A DNA stretch of 64,000 bases from Trypanosoma brucei (taxonomy: Eukaryota): the NCBI GenBank assembly GCA_000002445.1, contig CP000069.1, positions 416,001 to 480,000 on the forward strand, read 5' to 3'. The translations under genes were made by a program, and so were the position numbers. The notes below the pieces were generated by a model. The model was not told the DNA's origin and did no database searches. It saw nothing but the letters and a program-made list of their open reading frames with translations. Every line of letters begins with the position of its first letter. Position 1 is the first letter of the stretch. This document shows, piece by piece, positions 63,101-64,000 of this stretch.

Positions 63101-63940
63101 CATCAACGGCAGGCAATGGCAACCACTGATGGGGCCGGTGAGGGAATCGGCAGTTGAACCGTGACTATTGTTTTCTCACGTACTCACACTTCCTCTTTCG
63201 TAGAATAACGGTACCGAAGTGTCATAAGATATGCTTGAACACACTCCATCGACTACTCTCAAGGAAGAAATCGTGTGGAGATGTGATCCTAAAGGCAAAT
63301 AACGGCAAACCGGGTGCTGTAACAGCTGTACAGCCGGAGAAATCAAAGCGAACCGACGTTGAGCCAAAAAAAAATTTGAAGCAGCATGGCCGAGAGGATC
63401 AACACATGCCGACGACGACTCTTATTCCAAAAAGAAGCTCCCTCTTTACTGCAGTTACGGATTGCCAACTTCGGTGGAGGCACCATTGCAACGGGTCAAA
63501 ACTGATTGGGAGACCAACGAACACTTGGTTGGGACTTCATCCTGAAGTTGTTGCACAGTTTCCCGCTGCAACCACTTGATTATCGCAGCAAGAAACTATG
63601 CTGTACGGAATGGCGGATCCGGAGCGGCGCGACATACATGCCTTCGCCATCGGCTATCACTGATATGCGGGAACAACCCGACGTGGCACTCTGACGGCAA
63701 TGATTCCGAGGACGCACAAATGGCGGTATGCTCCAACACAGCGGGGTAATTGAGGGCCCTTTTCCACCGACGACCCCAGGCTCTGATATGGGAGTCAAAT
63801 GTGAGGTCATGGTGAAACACTTGAAGTGTGCTTTTCCTTTTCACTGTTTGAAGATATTCACAGTCACCGGGAAAGACAGCAGAGAAATCTTTTTTCATTT
63901 TTTTTTTTTAGAATTTTCTTCGTGCCTTCGTGAGAGTTTC

Positions 63941-64000
63941 CCCCCACTGGCGCGGCCATCAGCCATCACCGTAGAGCCCTGAGATGCTATCGGTCTGGCG
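63941..64000 (+). mobile_element. Possible 5' terminus of an ingi/RIME-type non-LTR retroposon running off the right edge
   Basis: 'cccccactggcgcggccatcagccatcaccgtagagccctgagatgctatcggtctggcg', preceded by a T-rich run. It resembles my recollection of the conserved ingi/RIME 5' end ('CCCTGGCG...'), but I could not verify this. Confidence 0.3.

Larger units (their letters stand above)
59632..64000. other. 4.4-kb region with no credible ORF on either strand (longest is 148 aa). Candidate upstream boundary of the minus-strand polycistronic unit, i.e. a strand-switch or transcription-start region. May contain degenerate retroelement or pseudogene sequence
   Basis: All 27 CDS to the left are on the minus strand. 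In this stretch the ORF track shows only short overlapping ORFs in all six frames, despite non-low-complexity base composition. Confidence 0.5.

Overview
This window is kinetoplastid nuclear DNA, almost certainly from the Trypanosoma brucei group. The evidence is an intron-less array of long ORFs all on the minus strand, pyrimidine tracts upstream of each start as expected for SL trans-splicing, and a tandem array whose product I recognise as the T. brucei cathepsin-L-like cysteine protease (rhodesain/brucipain/TbCatL). It is not prokaryotic, so there is no CRISPR, operon or defence-island logic to find.

Content by position:
- 1-8052: the upstream end of the cathepsin-L tandem array. The unit is 1761 bp and each CDS is 1350 bp (450 aa). 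The window holds one partial and four complete copies, and the array ends abruptly at 8053.
- 8.8-59.6 kb: about 22 minus-strand genes forming one polycistronic transcription unit. I can assign these with reasonable support:
  - glyoxalase II
  - proteasome ATPase RPT3
  - a USP-type ubiquitin hydrolase
  - ALG9 mannosyltransferase
  - proteasome beta-1
  - a PITH-domain protein
  - an eIF2B-alpha-family protein
  - a PPP-family phosphatase with degenerate catalytic motifs
  - a DAP3/MRPS29-like P-loop protein
  - an APH-1-like polytopic membrane protein
  - LRR, PHD-finger, RING-finger, HEAT-repeat and long coiled-coil proteins
  - several hypotheticals
- Several of the supplied ORFs are over-extended at the N-terminus through the upstream polypyrimidine tract. 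I re-called those starts.
- 59.6-64 kb: no credible ORFs on either strand. It contains a C9A9 homopolymer run, a 22-bp-arm inverted repeat, and at the window edge a sequence resembling the conserved 5' terminus of ingi/RIME retroposons. The region is a candidate transcription-unit boundary or retroelement-bearing strand-switch region.

I found no tRNA, rRNA or snRNA genes. Calls that rest on my recollection of protein families, rather than on anything computed here, are flagged as such.
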